Source: the human T2T-CHM13v2.0 reference genome, Homo sapiens | Assembly: GCF_009914755.1 (NCBI RefSeq) | Contig: NC_060932.1 | DNA length: 64,000 nt | Strand: one strand, 5' to 3' | Shown here: positions 1 to 18,082 of the stretch, piece by piece | How positions within the stretch are numbered: the stretch's first letter is position 1 | Layout of the letters: the number at the start of each line of letters is the position of its first letter | Position numbers and translations under genes: made by a program | The notes under the pieces: model-generated | Database searches by the model: none | The model's input: only the letters and a program-made list of their open reading frames with translations | What the model was told of the DNA's origin: nothing

Positions 1-2738
1 AACTTGCATCAACAAATGTATTAAATGTGTTTATAAATCAGATAAAATGCTAAGCTCTTGAATACAGTTATATGATAAACACGCTATTAATAGGAAATGG
101 AACTGAGTAGCTGCATAAATTAATCACAGATGGCTTACTTCAGGGGCTGACATTCATATCTAGACTAATAAGATTTGTCTAAGAATTACTTTGGCTAGAT
201 TGCTAGAGTAAACAATGATGAAATGGATTTCATGATCTTAGCACTGATCTGTGTGTTCATGTTACTCACACCCCTGTGTAATAAATAGTCCCTGTTTGGA
301 TGACAAGTTTAGTGAGTGTGATGGACAAAGCAATGTATGTGTCCAGAGTTTATTTTAACTGTCAAACAGCTTAAGAAGGTTTGCTCTGGGAATAAGTGAC
401 CTCTACACAAAAGTTCTTAGATATCTATATAAAGTTGATTTCAAATATCTTATTTTTGGAATGCTATGAATATAATGTGGAAAACAAAATATTTAACATT
501 TTCATTTTTCATTGTAATTCAGACTAGATTTCCCAAAGTGCTAATTCAATAAAGACTATACAAGCAGTTTTAATCAGAAACACTACTATATTGTCCTTGA
601 ATATTTACATATAAATATTTCTATTGTAGACATATCTGTTGAGGCCAACAGAAGTTAATATTGATTGGATAGAGTCTTTTTCATTGAGACAATAAGAGAT
701 AGAATAACAACCTAAATGGTTCTGAACAAGGGCTCCTATCCATAAATTTTAAAATATAGTTTAATCTGAGAAAAGGACCCTGTAAAGTACTGAATACATA
801 AGTTGTTTGCTCAGCTATGGTGCAAAGGCCAGATAGAAGTTCCCTTATATCTCAAATAATATTTGTATCCCCTTTGCCACATCAGGTGTTATTCTAGTAA
901 TTAGCTAGTCACTAAGGCACTCAGAGCATTAATCTAATAATCAGTAATCCTGCAACTTCCTAGTTTCAAAGCCTCCTCCTAGTATACATCTGGGTAATTA
1001 GCAACTCTGCTATAACTCTGTTTCTTCATTTATAAATTTAAAATAGCCCAACTATTTCTCTATCTTTTCATCAAATTTTATTTGTGTTATAAGCTTTTAC
1101 AGTAGCCTGCATTTGTACAACTACTGAGTGTTTCAGAACAGATATGATTACACCTACCACCTTGGCATACTTATTAATATTGCCCCATTTGAACTCTAAA
1201 AGTATCATGATTTGGATGATAAGCTGTACAGTCACCCTATTGTTGGATTGAAAGTGTAGAGATTATTCTCCCATTTTATGGTGATGAAGTTTAAGACTGA
1301 AAGTTAATTATCTTTAGTAACACTTTATCCTAGGCAATGCTTTTACTACTATAACTTTCTGCTTTTGTTCACATAACTCTTTCTTTTACTGGGGAATATC
1401 GGGGTACAATACTATAGAGTGGGAAGAAATAAAAGTTTCTTTAGCTCCATTTTAGATTTAGTAATTTGGATATGCTCTGTAAAGACTGTGACATTGCTGA
1501 TAGTAACATAGGCCTAATTAGCATCCTGTATTGTGAAGCACAGTCTTGTTGAAGCATGCATCTTGGCAGAGAGAAAGGTTGTGCCTGTCTTTTATGGTAG
1601 TCAAAATTTTATTAGTTTCACTTCAATTAAAAAATGCGACCTATTTTTTCAAATTTGTTTCAAATTGAATTTACCAGAGAAAAAAAAGAACTATTCATTC
1701 TTAACATTGCTGCATGAAATTATCAAGATGACATGTAATATAAAATTATATAATGATAGAATGTCTTTGACCCCAGGCACATAGATATTTTGGAAGTCAT
1801 CTTATCATGCCTCTAATTTTACAAATGGGAAAACTATGTCAAGAAAAATCACATACTAATATCTGAGACCAGAGCAGTACTATGGCACTACATACACAAT
1901 GAGATGAAGAGACAGGTTTCAGCATTTGACAACCCCTTTCTTCCAAAACTAGTTACATAAAAGGCTCTGTAAAGAAAAATATTTTGGTTAAACAGGTTTA
2001 TAAATAGGATGTTTCATAGACACAGCTCATAAAAAGACCAAGAACCTGGTAAAGTTCTACAGGTAAGAATCCCATTTTTCTTCATGTCACTGAGCATGTC
2101 TAGAAGTTGTTGGTCTACATATTCTTATTTTGTTTATGTATACTTCTTAAGAAGATCTATTAGAAATTGATGATGTATAGAAATAGTTATCAATCTTCTT
2201 AAATATGAACACATTACCATTATTCAGTAATCTCATGTTAACTCTAGCATTGGCTAATCAAGAAGTAAACAAAGACTAAAAAGTTATTAAGAATTAGGTA
2301 CCAGTAGTATTCTTGTTTATGGAAAAATAATTACACATATTTACATAAGGTTATCTTTTAAATTATAATCTTTGGTTGAGATGACAGATGTGATATGCAG
2401 ATATGGATAGATAATTGATAGAGAAAGCTAGATAGATATTTTCACTCCTTTAGCTGACATGTTGAACAATGAAATAAATATAGAACAATCTTAAAACTAA
2501 GCACACATATACAGTACGTAAATGGGATAAAATAAATGATTAGGGAATGAAAATCCTAACTCTAAAGAGAGAAGTAAAGGACAATAAAATATTAACCATG
2601 GTTCTTGCTTAATTTAACCTAGCTCACAGTGGTGTTGAAAGAAAACAATCAAGTTTAATAATTCTTTATGATTCTTACTGAATATTTGTCTAGAAAAAAG
2701 AGCCCAAGCTTCTATGTGACTCACTTGTGCCATTTTAC

Positions 2739-3043
2739 TTTTTATTCCTTTATTTATTTTGAGACAGGGTCTCACTCTGTCACCCAGGCTGGGTGCAGTG
2801 CGAGGCTCACTGCAGCCTCAACTTCTCTGGGCTCAAGCAATCCTCCTACCTCAGCCTCCCAAGTAGCTGGGACTACAGATGCGCTCCACCATTCCCAGCT
2901 AATTTTTTACGCTTTTCTGTTTTCATAGAGACAGGATTTCTCCGTGTTGCCTAGGCTGGTCTTGAACTCCTGGGCTCAAGCGATTCTACTGACTTAGCCT
3001 TCTAAAGTGCTGAAATTACATGCATGAGACACTGCGTCTGGCC
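2739..3043 (-). mobile_element. Alu SINE, AluJ-like
   Basis: T-rich tail then GAGACAGGGTCTCACTCTGTCACCCAGGCT...CTGGCC; J diagnostics (GCTCACTGCAGCCTCAAC, CTGGGCTCAAGC). Confidence 0.93.
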
Positions 3044-3930
3044 AGTTATGTGATTTTATAATGTTCAAGTGATGATTTATTCTAGGACCCAGAAAAATCC
3101 AGAATTGCTTTTGTGCATGATGCCCAGGGGGATTTCTTCCAAATGTTTCCATATTTTAAAGGCTTGCATTTTTCTGCTTTTGCATGAGAAGAAATGTGGG
3201 GTAAATTTTGATGCATTTAATTTCGTGGAAAATTCAATAAATAGCTGCTTTAAATGTCTAGAAAAATAAAAACACTAATACTTTTCTTATCAAGAATGTA
3301 AATGAAGATAGAATTCATTATCTCTCTCTCCAAAGATCAAGCATTAATGCTTGCCAACATGTCACATCTTTTCTTTTCAAAATTTATTTTCTTTTTCCAA
3401 AATGCCATCTTTTCCTCCCACAGTTTCTCTCCAGGACTTTGTATAAGCATTTCCTTTTCTTACATGTCAACACATATATGTGCTAAATGTCACAATGTTT
3501 CTGAGAGTCCCTTAAATTAATTCAATAAACAAGCATCATTATTTTATTTATTTCTAAGTTTTTTCCAGACATGTTCAATTAATTTTCATCTTCATCACAA
3601 AGTATCATGTATACTTAAGATTTTCACTATGCAACGGGACATAATGTTAAATTATTAAAATTCTTCTTATAAAATATAAATAAATGAATGAGAAATTTAA
3701 ACACTAAATTGTCTCTTTTTCTTTCTATTTCCTTTATTTTTTTTTCCTTCCTTTTCATTCATTGACAAAAGGAGTGGCCTTCACTTTACTTCCCCCCTCC
3801 TTTAAGGCTATCAAAACATATCTTCTAACTTCTACTTGGAATCAACGTTTGGGCTGGGATATTGAGATCATATTGCATTTCTAGACTGAAGCTTTTGCTT
3901 AAAATATGTTTCAATTAAAAATTAAGCTGA

Positions 3931-4251
<321 letters not shown>

Positions 4252-4329
4252 TTAAAAGAAAAAATGAAAACTAGTGCAGTGTGAGAACAGCAGAGACTTC
4301 ACAATAGCAAGAAAATGCTTAGTTTATAT

Positions 4330-4530
4330 GTAATCAGCATTTACCATGTGCAGAGACTGCTTGAAGGGCTTTAAACATATTACATCATTTAATCATCAAG
4401 ATAACCCTGTGCTATTATCTTCATTCTACCAATGTGGAAAGTGAAACACAAATATTTTAAAGCACCTGCCCAAGGTCACATAGCTGGTTCTTGATAAAGC
4501 TATGATCTGATACAGGCAGTCTCGTTCTAA
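4330..4530 (-). mobile_element. MIR SINE remnant
   Basis: Reverse-complement MIR core: CATTTAATCATCAAGATAACCCTG ... CTGCCCAAGGTCACATAGCT ... CAGGCAGTCT. Confidence 0.75.
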
Positions 4531-4852
4531 GATCCAACCAAATCACTATAATCAAGGCAAGGATGATTAAAGTAGAATGGATTCTATGAGTGGTATAGAA
4601 TCTGTGACATCCATGGATGCTTGAGTTCTGAACATTAAGTAGGTGATCTTGGAGGCCAGGGTAAAGGCCTTGCTGGGTGAGGTTTGAATTGATAGACGAC
4701 GTGCATTGAGAAGCATAGCTAAATTCATCACTTTCCAATGCTTGCTGGTCACACATTATCAGAGAGAGAAATTCACTGAGTTGACCATATCAGAAGACCC
4801 CTACGTGCCAATATAAGTGCCCAAGATGTTTTGGTCAAAACTGTAGTTCCTT

Positions 4853-5135
4853 CCAGGCATGGTGGCTCACGTCTGTAATCCCAGAGCTTTGGGAGGCTGA
4901 GGTGGGAGGATTGCTTGAGCTCAGGCGTTCAAGTCCAGCCTGAGCTAAATAGCGACACCTGGTGGCTAAAAAAATAGCTGGCTGATGTGGTGCACACCTG
5001 TGGTCCCAGCTACTCAGGAGGCTGAGGTGGGAGGATCCCTTGAGCACAGGTATTTGAGGTTGCAGTGAGCTATGAGCACACCACCTCACTCCATCCTGGG
5101 CAACAAAGAAGGACCTTGTCTCAAAAAAATGAAAA
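4853..5135 (+). mobile_element. Alu SINE, AluJ-like, with TSD
   Basis: GGGAGGATTGCTTGAGCTCAGG, GAGCTATGAG J-type motifs; TSD CAAAACTGTAG(T/G)TCCTT at 4836-4852 and 5136-5152. Confidence 0.93.
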
Positions 5136-5439
5136 CAAAACTGTAGGTCCTTTGGCAAAATAAGGAAGGACCCTATATTAATAAAGTTTATTGTTGTCTA
5201 GACAAGACACAAACCAACCACAAGCCACAGATTTTAAGTCTATGTTTAGAGGAAACTTATCTCATTCTAACTTCAACCTTGAAACTAAAATTTTAATATT
5301 TCATGAAGCTCAACTGAGAAAGGAATTAAGATCAGTTAAGTGCATAGTATGTGAGAAACACACCATTAGGTGTTTTGAATTTCATTATATCATTTAGTTT
5401 TCAGTTTAAAGCTTTTAAAGTGATGTTCTTGTCTTAATT

Positions 5440-5575
5440 TTTGAGATGAGAAAACTGGGGCTCAGAGAGATTGGGTAATTTTCCAGAGATCATTTAACAA
5501 GCTAAGCTGCAGTGCTGGCATTCAAAGACAACTATGCGGATTCAAATGCCATGGTCTTTCTACTCTACCAATATG
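5440..5575 (-). mobile_element. MIR SINE remnant
   Basis: GATGAGAAAACTGGGGCTCAGAGAG core in reverse orientation. Confidence 0.6.
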
Positions 5576-5989
5576 CTTCCATAAACCCAATGTCTAAACT
5601 CAGGGAAATGAGCAAGAAAAAAAAAATTGCCTCTCAGAATAAAATGTTCCCTACATTTTCCCAGTCTCCTTCAGGCTAAAGACTTAAAAAAAAAAAAAAA
5701 AAGGCCACAATATTCAGAACAAGCATTCTTTCTCCGATTCTGACCCTAACCTACCTTTTAGACACCATAGCTTTAGATTTTTCTGGAACTTTATATTTTT
5801 CATTATTTTTCCTTCTCTTGTATGCTTTCTCTGACTTAAATGGGTTTTTTTTTTTTAAATCAAACTTTGACTATGCTTCTCATATTAAAACAAGACAAAA
5901 CAGATGAAAAATGTCGCCTCATTTATATCTGTCATCTTTCTTTTTTGCATCACTGCTCCTTCAAGGCCATGCTCTTGAAAATGTTGTCC

Positions 5990-6680
5990 TCGGTGTATTA
6001 ATTTCTTCATGTTTCATTCACTCCACAACCAACATTAACACGGTATCCGCCCCCATCACTCCACATCTTGGTGAAATCACCAATGTCTTCTAGTGTTAAG
6101 TACCAAGGGTATTAATTTCAGTCTTGCTCATGATCTCTGAGTAGCTTCTTACAATATTGATGGCACACTATTTGAAAACCTTCACTTCTTGATGTCTGTG
6201 GAGATACTTTTTTGATGATAGTCTTATTTCACTGGTTGCTGTTCTCACATTCCACAGGACTCTTTCCTCCACTTACCATATATTAATTGTAGCAGTTCTT
6301 CACGTCTTAGTAATAGGGCCTTGTCTCAATTAACTCTAGCCATAGAGGACAGCAAATTTATATCTCACCCCAGTGAATTTCTGTAAGTCTCAAGCCCACA
6401 TATTCAAAATCCTTGTTGATATCTTTTCTTGGATAATAGTAAAGGTAATACAAATTCAACACATCCATATCCGAACTCATCTTCTCTCTCTTTCCTCTAG
6501 CCTCAAGTCAGCTATCCCTCTGTCTTTTACCTAAGAGTTCAGAGGTATGCCTCGTCCTATTGTCAAGCAAAACAGTTAAGAAATCATTCTTGCAAATTAC
6601 TTTTTCTTTACCCCAATATTCAACCTATTACTACACTTTGTTCATATGATTTTCTAAATACCTTAACACATAAAAAAAAT
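5990..6680 (+). mobile_element. L2 LINE remnant (approximate bounds)
   Basis: L2-like motifs ATCACCAATGTCTTC, CAAATTCAACACATCCATATCCGAACTCATC; pyrimidine-rich. Confidence 0.55.
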
Positions 6681-7847
6681 CTTATCTCTGTTAAATGGTC
6701 CACTGATGTTCTGCTTTTGCTCAATATCTCTCCAAAATCTTCATGTAAAAATAACCTTAAATTCTGCCCACAGTATCTTAATCCATGGATGAAAATAAGT
6801 CATTTTGTATTCTATGTCTCTGATTCTGCCTCCCCAGCATCCTCTCTTATATTTTCGGGTTTACAAAATAATAATCTCATGACTAGCTAATAAAAATACA
6901 TTTTTTTTTCAGAACCAGCTCCATGCACTTCTAAATGCTGGGTTTTGACACAGATTAGAGGACTTCAAAAATAGGTAGAATAGATAGTTCCCCAATATGT
7001 CAGTATGGGACTGAATATTTAAGATGTAATTAATGGAAAAAGGCATTCCGTGCTTGGACTTCTTGTATACCTTATCTCTGATTTGAGAATATAGAGATAA
7101 TTCGTGGGATACAGGAACATTGTATGACACCTACTTTTCATATGATAGCATTGATACTGACTAAAGACCACCCAGGCTCATCCCCTAACATCCATGCACT
7201 CTGCTGCTTAAATGGGTACAAGTTTTTTACTACCTGGTTACCTGCCGCCATGCCCTGATCATCTTGAGCTTGCAGTGGGCAAGAGCCATAATAATTGACT
7301 GTTATTAAAGTGTCTTAAAATATTATTGCAGTTTCTAAACTTCTGCTTCTCAAAAGCCAAAAGTAAATATTCTGCAATGCTCAGAACTTTTCCTTGGAGA
7401 AGTCAACCTCCGTGCTGGGCAGAAGAGGCAGATGAAAGAGAATAGTTTACAGAAGCTTTTCCAGCATCATTTTATCTCCCATTTTTTTCCTCTTACCAGC
7501 TTGGATAACTCTCTTGGCAAGCTGAAATGCTGGCAAGGCATAGTTTGCCAATATTTTGCTGCATTCTCTTTTTTTGTTTGTTTTAATAGACTTTATTTCT
7601 TAGAGCCATTTTGGGTTCATAGCAAAATTGAGCAGAAGGTACAGAGACTCAACATACTCCTTACTCCCACATAGGCAAAACTTCTCCCATTATCAACATC
7701 CTCCACTAAAATGGTATCTTCATTATAATCCAATTGATGAACCCACACTGATACATCATTATCACTCTTGGTGTTGCACTTGTTGTTCACACTTTGCGTT
7801 GCATATCTATAGTTTTAAAATGTGTAATGACATGTGTCCACCATTAT

Positions 7848-8715
<868 letters not shown>

Positions 8716-9665
8716 ATTACAAAGTCATACACAATATTTTCACTGCCCTAAAAATCTGTGTTTCATCTAGTCACTCCTTCATCTCCATAACCCTTGGGAA
8801 CTACTGATCATTTTATTGTCTCCATAGTTTTTCTTTTTTCTGTAACGTCATATAGTTGGAATCATACAGAATATTGCCTTTTTAAATTGGCTTCTTTAAC
8901 TTAATAATATACATTTAAAGTTCCTCCATGTTTCTTCATTGAATTGCTTGTTTTTTTTTAATTTTTTTCCTTCTCTTTAGTGTGTTTTAAAAAGCTCTCC
9001 CATCATTAAGTCTCTAGCCATTAACTAAGTCATATTCAGTAAGTTTCTCATATTAATTAATTACCTTTCCTGCAATTAATCCTCTTTTTATTCTTTTTCC
9101 TCATCATTCTTCACAATGACTGGGCTTTTTTGGAGAGTCTTTCTGAATTCACAATGTCTAGCTTTTACATACTTCACCAGGATTCTAGCACCCAACTTAA
9201 CAAATATGCGAAATGTTCTGTGGCAGATTTTGTTATATGAAGAATAGGGGTATGTTGTTTTTTAATGACATAATTCAATCTGAGCATGTCGTTTTTTGAC
9301 TTAAACTTTGGCCAAAAATATTTTATTGTCTCCCTTCACATAAAAATAAATTCCAAACTCTTGAGTGTGACATCTAAAAATGTTCTTACTCTAATCTCAG
9401 CATGATGTTTTCATGTGGTGAGGTGGAGTGAGGGCCATTTCATTATTAAAAGTGTAGAAGAGGAGAGCAAATAGGAGAAATTGTCATTGGAAGTACGGAC
9501 TGACAGAGCAGTGCCTAGGAAGAGCAGATCATGGCAAAGTGACAATTCTAGAAAATGGAGATGAACAAAGACCTAACCCCAATGATCCCAAGGATTTAGG
9601 TACTGACTCCCTAATGACATTATTTTTTAGCATAAAAATTGCAAATTATCAACTCTTTCTCAAGA

Positions 9666-10005
<340 letters not shown>

Positions 10006-11561
10006 TAATTGAAACCCAGCATAACTGAATTTGGATTTCCTCACATAAAGTCAGAGTATCACTACTTGGCAGAACTGCAGCATCTCTAACTTTTCCAGAG
10101 AAAGTGACCTAATTCCAGAGAAGAGCAAACCTGTGTCCCTGAGATGTCTTAGAGAAACAGTCTCAGTAGTGTGAAATGTATTTCCTTTGTCTTGAAAAGG
10201 AAGGCATTTAACTCAATAGAGCATCAATGTTTTTAAGTAGATATTTCTGTAAAGCCATTGACACACAGGTCACTTTATCCTGTGGTTTCTTTTCCCCCAA
10301 CACAGTCTAAAAGCATTTGTAAAAAGCATTTTTTTGTTATTCTTCTCCTTGGTGTAATCTTGCTTGTATCACAGTTTAAAAAGTTGAACATAATATGTTT
10401 AACATCTATTCTCAGCTCTCTTTTCTCATGATGGACAGGTCAGTTCAGAGGTTTGTGATTTCCTGGGGCAAATGTACAAGAAATACATACAAATCACTGC
10501 TTTCTTCTAATTAGATATATATTTGTGAGACAAACTAAAAAAGAAATAATTCTATGTTTCTGACCTCATTCTCATGCTGAATAATTGGAGGTAATTCTCA
10601 CAGATATTTGAGCTTCTATTTAATCTTTGCAACTAAATTAAACTATTATATCTCAACCCTTTTTTACTGTTTACAAAAGTAAAGAGATTAGCAATAATTG
10701 AGAGGAAATAAAATGTAGACAGCTAACCTAGATAATGTGGGTGTTTCGTTGAATCACCAAAATTAACTTAATTTCATGTTCAACCTGCAATTCATTTTGA
10801 CTGCATAGGTCAGACTCTTGGCTCTATTACCCGAGTTCAGTAGGTAACAGGTACTTTGTTCTGGTTAAATGACTACACTTATAGCAGGTTCCTGTGCAGA
10901 GTTCATATTCACCTTCACTAAAGCAAAATATTTCACCATCACTGTTAACAGTGCCATTCAGTATATCTATCAACTATACTCCAATATATCCTGGCAGCAA
11001 TTCAGACCACTCAAATTGCAAAGACATGACGGCCCACTTGAAGCCCACCAAATCACTCTTTACTGTAATAATCACATCTAGCCTTGGCACTCAGTCCCAG
11101 ATCATTCTCCCCAAATGAACAAGTAAAACGATTGGGGGAAAATGCTCCCTGGCAACAGCTTGAACTTAAATGGTGACAACAGCTGGTTCAGCAGATGTTC
11201 CTCATATGATATAACACCTGTGTTATAAAAGATCGAAATTAGACTAAATTTATACTTTAGATATCTTAAAAATATTTTAATAGAATTGTGCAATTCAAAA
11301 CAGGAAAATAATGTTAAACCAAGTGCATTAATAATATTAAAAAATAATATTCACTTATATACCTTTAGTAGCCATATACCTCTAAATTTTAACAACTTTC
11401 TATAACCTTGCAATGACATCTGGGACAATCAGTTCTATCCTACAATCTTGCTGATATAGAAATGGTTTGAATAAAATAAATGGCATACAATAAATTCAAG
11501 GCAAGGCGTAATATTAAACTGTGGTGATTTTAATGTTTGCTTCAGCTTTAAGTAATTTTTA

Positions 11562-12160
<599 letters not shown>

Positions 12161-12242
12161 CTAATTGCCCTGGCCAGAACTTCCAACACTATGTTGAATA
12201 GGAGTGGTGAGAGAGGGCATCCCTGTCTTCTGCCAGTTTTCA

Positions 12243-12467
<225 letters not shown>

Positions 12468-12470
12468 TCA

Positions 12471-12752
<282 letters not shown>

Positions 12753-12755
12753 CTA

Positions 12756-12890
<135 letters not shown>

Positions 12891-12927
12891 CTACAAGGCT
12901 ACAGTAACCAAAACAGCATGGTACTGA

Positions 12928-13950
<1,023 letters not shown>

Positions 13951-14285
13951 TATGCAGCCATAAAAAATGAAGAGTTCATGTCCTTTGTAGTGACATGGAT
14001 GAAACTGGAAACCATCATTCTCAGCAAACTATCGCGAGGACAAAAAAACCAAACACCACATGTTCTCACTTTTAGGTGGGAATTGAACAATGAGAACACG
14101 TGGACACAGGGTGGGGAACATCACACTCCGGGGGCCGCTGTGGGGTGGGGGAAGGGGTGAGGGATAACATTAGGAGGTATACCTAATGCTAAATGACGAG
14201 TTAATGGGTGCAGCACACCAACATGGCACATGTATACATATGTAACAAACCTGCACATTGTGCACATGTACCCTAAAACTTAAAG

Positions 14286-14287
<2 letters not shown>

Positions 14288-14323
<36 letters not shown>
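14288..14323 (+). repeat. (TAA)n microsatellite derived from the L1 poly(A) tail
   Basis: TAATAATAA... directly after CTTAAAGTA. Confidence 0.95.
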
Positions 14324-14326
<3 letters not shown>

Positions 14327-16017
14327 TAAAATGTAATACCCTTCTCTTCTAAAACTAGCTTCCACCCTAGGAAATCAAGTTACTTAAAATGTACCAATAA
14401 AACCTTAGAGTTTCTTATATAAGTATATAAATATATTTATAATATGTATGATGTTATTACAGAAAATAATGTTTTACTCGGGAAAATTTAAATTCTGGAT
14501 TAAAAGTTTTAAAAAATTCTAGGGCCCATGATTGTGGTAACTTTCACCATCTTGGTTCACTGAAAAATCGCTATATTTCTGACCCAGCCATTGTTTTAAT
14601 ATCTAATCATAATAAAGATATGTAAGGAAGGCTACGATATGTTACATGACTTCTTCATCCTATTGAGATCTATATTTTAGTATACATCTTGTAAACCACG
14701 AATATTTAGTCTGTGTCTAAAAAACAGACTATTTGTGAGAATCTAGTCATTTAAATTTGTGATGTTTTTGGCACATCCAAGCCTATTAATGTGTTTTCTA
14801 ATATATATTTGGTTTCTTAAGATACTATTATTTCTAAACAGTTGCAAATTTGAAAGTAATAATTCCTAGATGACTAAATGACTATTTTTTGAACAAAATG
14901 GATGGCTAAGTAACCATGTTCAACTAAGAAATTCTAAACTCAGAGGCTGTCAGTGAGCCACAACAGAAAAATAATTTGAAATGGAACCACAAAGATGGAG
15001 ATAGCTCTGTCTCAGAGCAGTTTAAAGCTATATGTGGCAGGCTCAATATTCAAATAGGAAATGAATTTGCCTGATTTATCTGGAATGCAAAGAAGGGGGA
15101 AATGCTCATCATTAGTAATATGTACTTCCTACAAAAACTTGAATTTTTATGCTCTGTATGATCTTAATCTCCCTCACTCCAATCTTAACCTCCCAAAATC
15201 TAAAATAATCAATACCAGTTTCTGAACTCCTTCCATGTGCTTGAAATTGTGATATGTACTCAACGTTTATTATTTCATTTAATTTTCACCACACTATAAA
15301 TCAAGATTCATTATTATTCTCCACTAACTTAGGATACTGCAAATTATGCCACTCCAGTTGACTTCACTATCATTTTTTAAAAAATATTATATCACATTTG
15401 AAGATGTCCAGAAAAAGGACAGACTTCAAGGCTGTTTGATGTAGTACTTCCTTAATGTTCTTAATGATCCATGTTTTTCCTAGTTTCATTCTTCTTTAAA
15501 AAGTATAAATTTCATCCTAAGTCTAGTTCGCCTTCTGATTGCAAACTGGCGTAAAGAGGCAGCTGGGTTAATATGTTTCTCAATCCCATCCAGCTAGAAA
15601 AAGATTGGCCTTTCTCTCCCAGGAGCTTTGAGTATGCCTCTCCTCATACCTTACTGGACTAAATTAGATTAATTACATCACTAAAGTAAGAGGGATGTAA
15701 CTATCCTAACTGGTTAAGAATGAGCATAAGAAATGAAAAAAATAAAACTTTGAGGAATACAACATAGTATTATCTCCATTTTCTTTCTGGAAATGAAATC
15801 AAGAGTGAGAAGCTAAGTAATTTGCCTATGGTTCTGCAGTAAAGGAGTGATGGCTCCTAATTGGGAAGTGCATCTATGCCATAGTATATAAACACTATCA
15901 CTAATAGTATTTATAGAATATATAGAATAATCTACTTCATCATGTGTTATTCTTAAATAAGGAATACAGGTAGACAGAGTTGGAAATTAGTGAGCATAAG
16001 AAAACTAAGAATTTCCT

Positions 16018-16313
16018 GACTGGGTGCGGTGGCTTGTGCCTGTAATCCCAGAACCTTGGGAGGCCAAGACGGAAAGATCACTTGAGGTCAGGAGTTCAAG
16101 ACCAGACTGGGCAACATGGGGAAACTGTCTCTACTAAAAATACAAAAATTAGCAAGGCATGGTGGCAGGCACCTGTAATCTCAGCTACTCAGGAGGCTGG
16201 GCAGGAAAATTGCTTGAACTTGGGAGGAGGAGTTTGCAGTGAGCCAAGATTGTGACACTATACATTAACCTGGGCAACAGAGTGAGACTTATTCTCAAAA
16301 ACAAACAAACAAA
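16018..16313 (+). mobile_element. Alu SINE (AluS-like) with (CAAA)n tail
   Basis: GACTGGGTGCGGTGGCTTGTGCCTGTAATCCCAG ... GAGTGAGAC. Confidence 0.92.
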
Positions 16314-16499
16314 CCCTAATTTTCTCCATTCCTCCATAAATTAATTCAGTAGTATTTCACAACTAGTTTCCACAGATATGCAATTCCACAAGATATTAGT
16401 GTTTCCTGATTTTTAAAAAATCTATTTTAGTGACGAAAAGTAGTATACATTTAGTATACATTTATTTCTCTCTGCTCGTTTTTGCTAAGGACATAATAC

Positions 16500-16806
16500 A
16501 ATAGAAAATAGTAAGAAGGTTATGAAAGATGGAGCTATAAAGTTGGGTGGTCTAGGGACTTTAGGACTCAGGAACAAACACCACAGATGATGACCCCTCC
16601 ACCCATCGTGTCAGTGGGAGGAGTGGCATCAAATGACCCAGGACAGCATTGCCCTCACCCTCTGGTGTGGTGGCAGTAGAGACTGCAGGGACTGTAGTCT
16701 TCCAATTACAGCCCAATGATGGCAAGTTGAATCCATTCTCACCCCAAGTAGGAATTGGAGACAGAATCTAAGAAAGTAGGGAGCTAGAGAAAATCACCTG
16801 AATAGG
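16500..16806 (+). mobile_element. Possible 5' region of an ancient L1M (L1MD/ME-like)
   Basis: GAAAGATGGAG...CTAGGGACTTTAGGACTCAGGAAC resembles recalled L1M 5'-end consensus; weak. Confidence 0.4.
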
Positions 16807-17010
16807 GGCCGGGCACAGTGCCTCATACCTGTAATCCCAACACTTTGGGAGGCTGAGATGGGCAGATCACCGGAGGTCAGGAGTTCGAGACCAGCCTGGC
16901 CAACATGGAGAAACCCCATCTCTAATAAAAATATAAAAATTAGCCGGGCATGGTGGCATGTGCCTGTAATCCTAGCTACTCGGGAGGCTGAGGCAAGAGA
17001 ATCGCTTGAA
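16807..17010 (+). mobile_element. AluS, truncated in the right arm (no tail, no TSD)
   Basis: GGCCGGGCACAGTG ... GAGAATCGCTTGAA then abrupt non-Alu sequence. Confidence 0.93.
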
Positions 17011-17030
17011 ATGCAAACTAGGCCATATGG

Positions 17031-18082
17031 CAGAAAATATTTGTAGATCACAAATCCAAAACAGGTGTATCCTGAATATATAAAGACTACTTCAAACTAA
17101 ATAATAAGGAAACAAATAACCCAAATATAAAAGTTAGCAAAATATTTGAATAAATATCTCATCTATAATGATGCATGGGTGCCAAATAAGTACATGGAAA
17201 AGATATTCAGTATCATTAGTTATTATGATATGTAAATTAAAATCACAATAAGATACCGTTACACATCTAGTTAGCTTGATCTAATCATTCCACTTTGTAT
17301 ACATATATCAAAACATCACATTGTACCCCACAAATGCACATAATATGACTTGGCAATCAAAAGTAACATTAACTATAAAGTTTTCCAGAAAAGACTGACC
17401 ATACAAATTCTTGGCAAAGATATAGAGCAATTAAAACCCTCATATACTGCTTGTTGAAATGTAAAATGGTGCAACCACCTCAAAAAATACATTGATCTGA
17501 TAATTTCTTAATATGATAAGTATATACTTACCATATAACTCAGAGATTCTACTTCTGGGTATTCAAGAAGAATGGAAGAATATATCCCTACAAATATTAG
17601 AAGAAGAATGATCATAGAAGTTTTATATATAAGAACTAAAATTTGGAAGCAGTCCAAATGTCTATCAGCAGGTTAATGAATAAACAAAATGGGATAAATT
17701 CATATGATGGAAACCTACCCAGCAATATGAAGAAATGAAGTATTGATATACTTATCAACAGAAATAAATCTCAAGAAAAATTGAGTGAAATAATCTACAC
17801 AAAATAGTGTTCTATGATTCTGATCATGTAAAAATTCTAGAAAATACAAACTAATAGTGACAGAAAGCAGATTAATGGTTGCTAAGGAAAAGGGGCACAA
17901 TGTGATCCAGTGCAATGAAAGGAAGGATGACAGAAGGACATAAGAAATCTTTTGGAGTTGATACATTCTTTTATTACCTTGAATGTGGAGTTGATTCGTA
18001 TGGCAGAACATTAAATTTTACTGTTTAAATATATGTGATTTATTATATGCCAATTATAAACCAATAAAATGTTAAAAAAAAA
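17031..18082 (+). mobile_element. Ancient L1 (L1ME-like) ORF2 end and 3' UTR, with a short L1MA-like 3' piece at ~17270-17380
   Basis: GAAAATATTTGTAGATCAC, AATGTAAAATGGTGCAACCAC, GTCCAAATGTCTATCAGCAGGTTAATGAATAAAC, GACAGAAAGCAGATTAATGGTTGC, AATAAA plus A run. Confidence 0.8.

Noticed and set aside
10869-11118. Two overlapping 70-74 aa ORFs in non-repeat DNA
   Set aside because: No recognisable protein and no convincing splice sites; length is compatible with chance.
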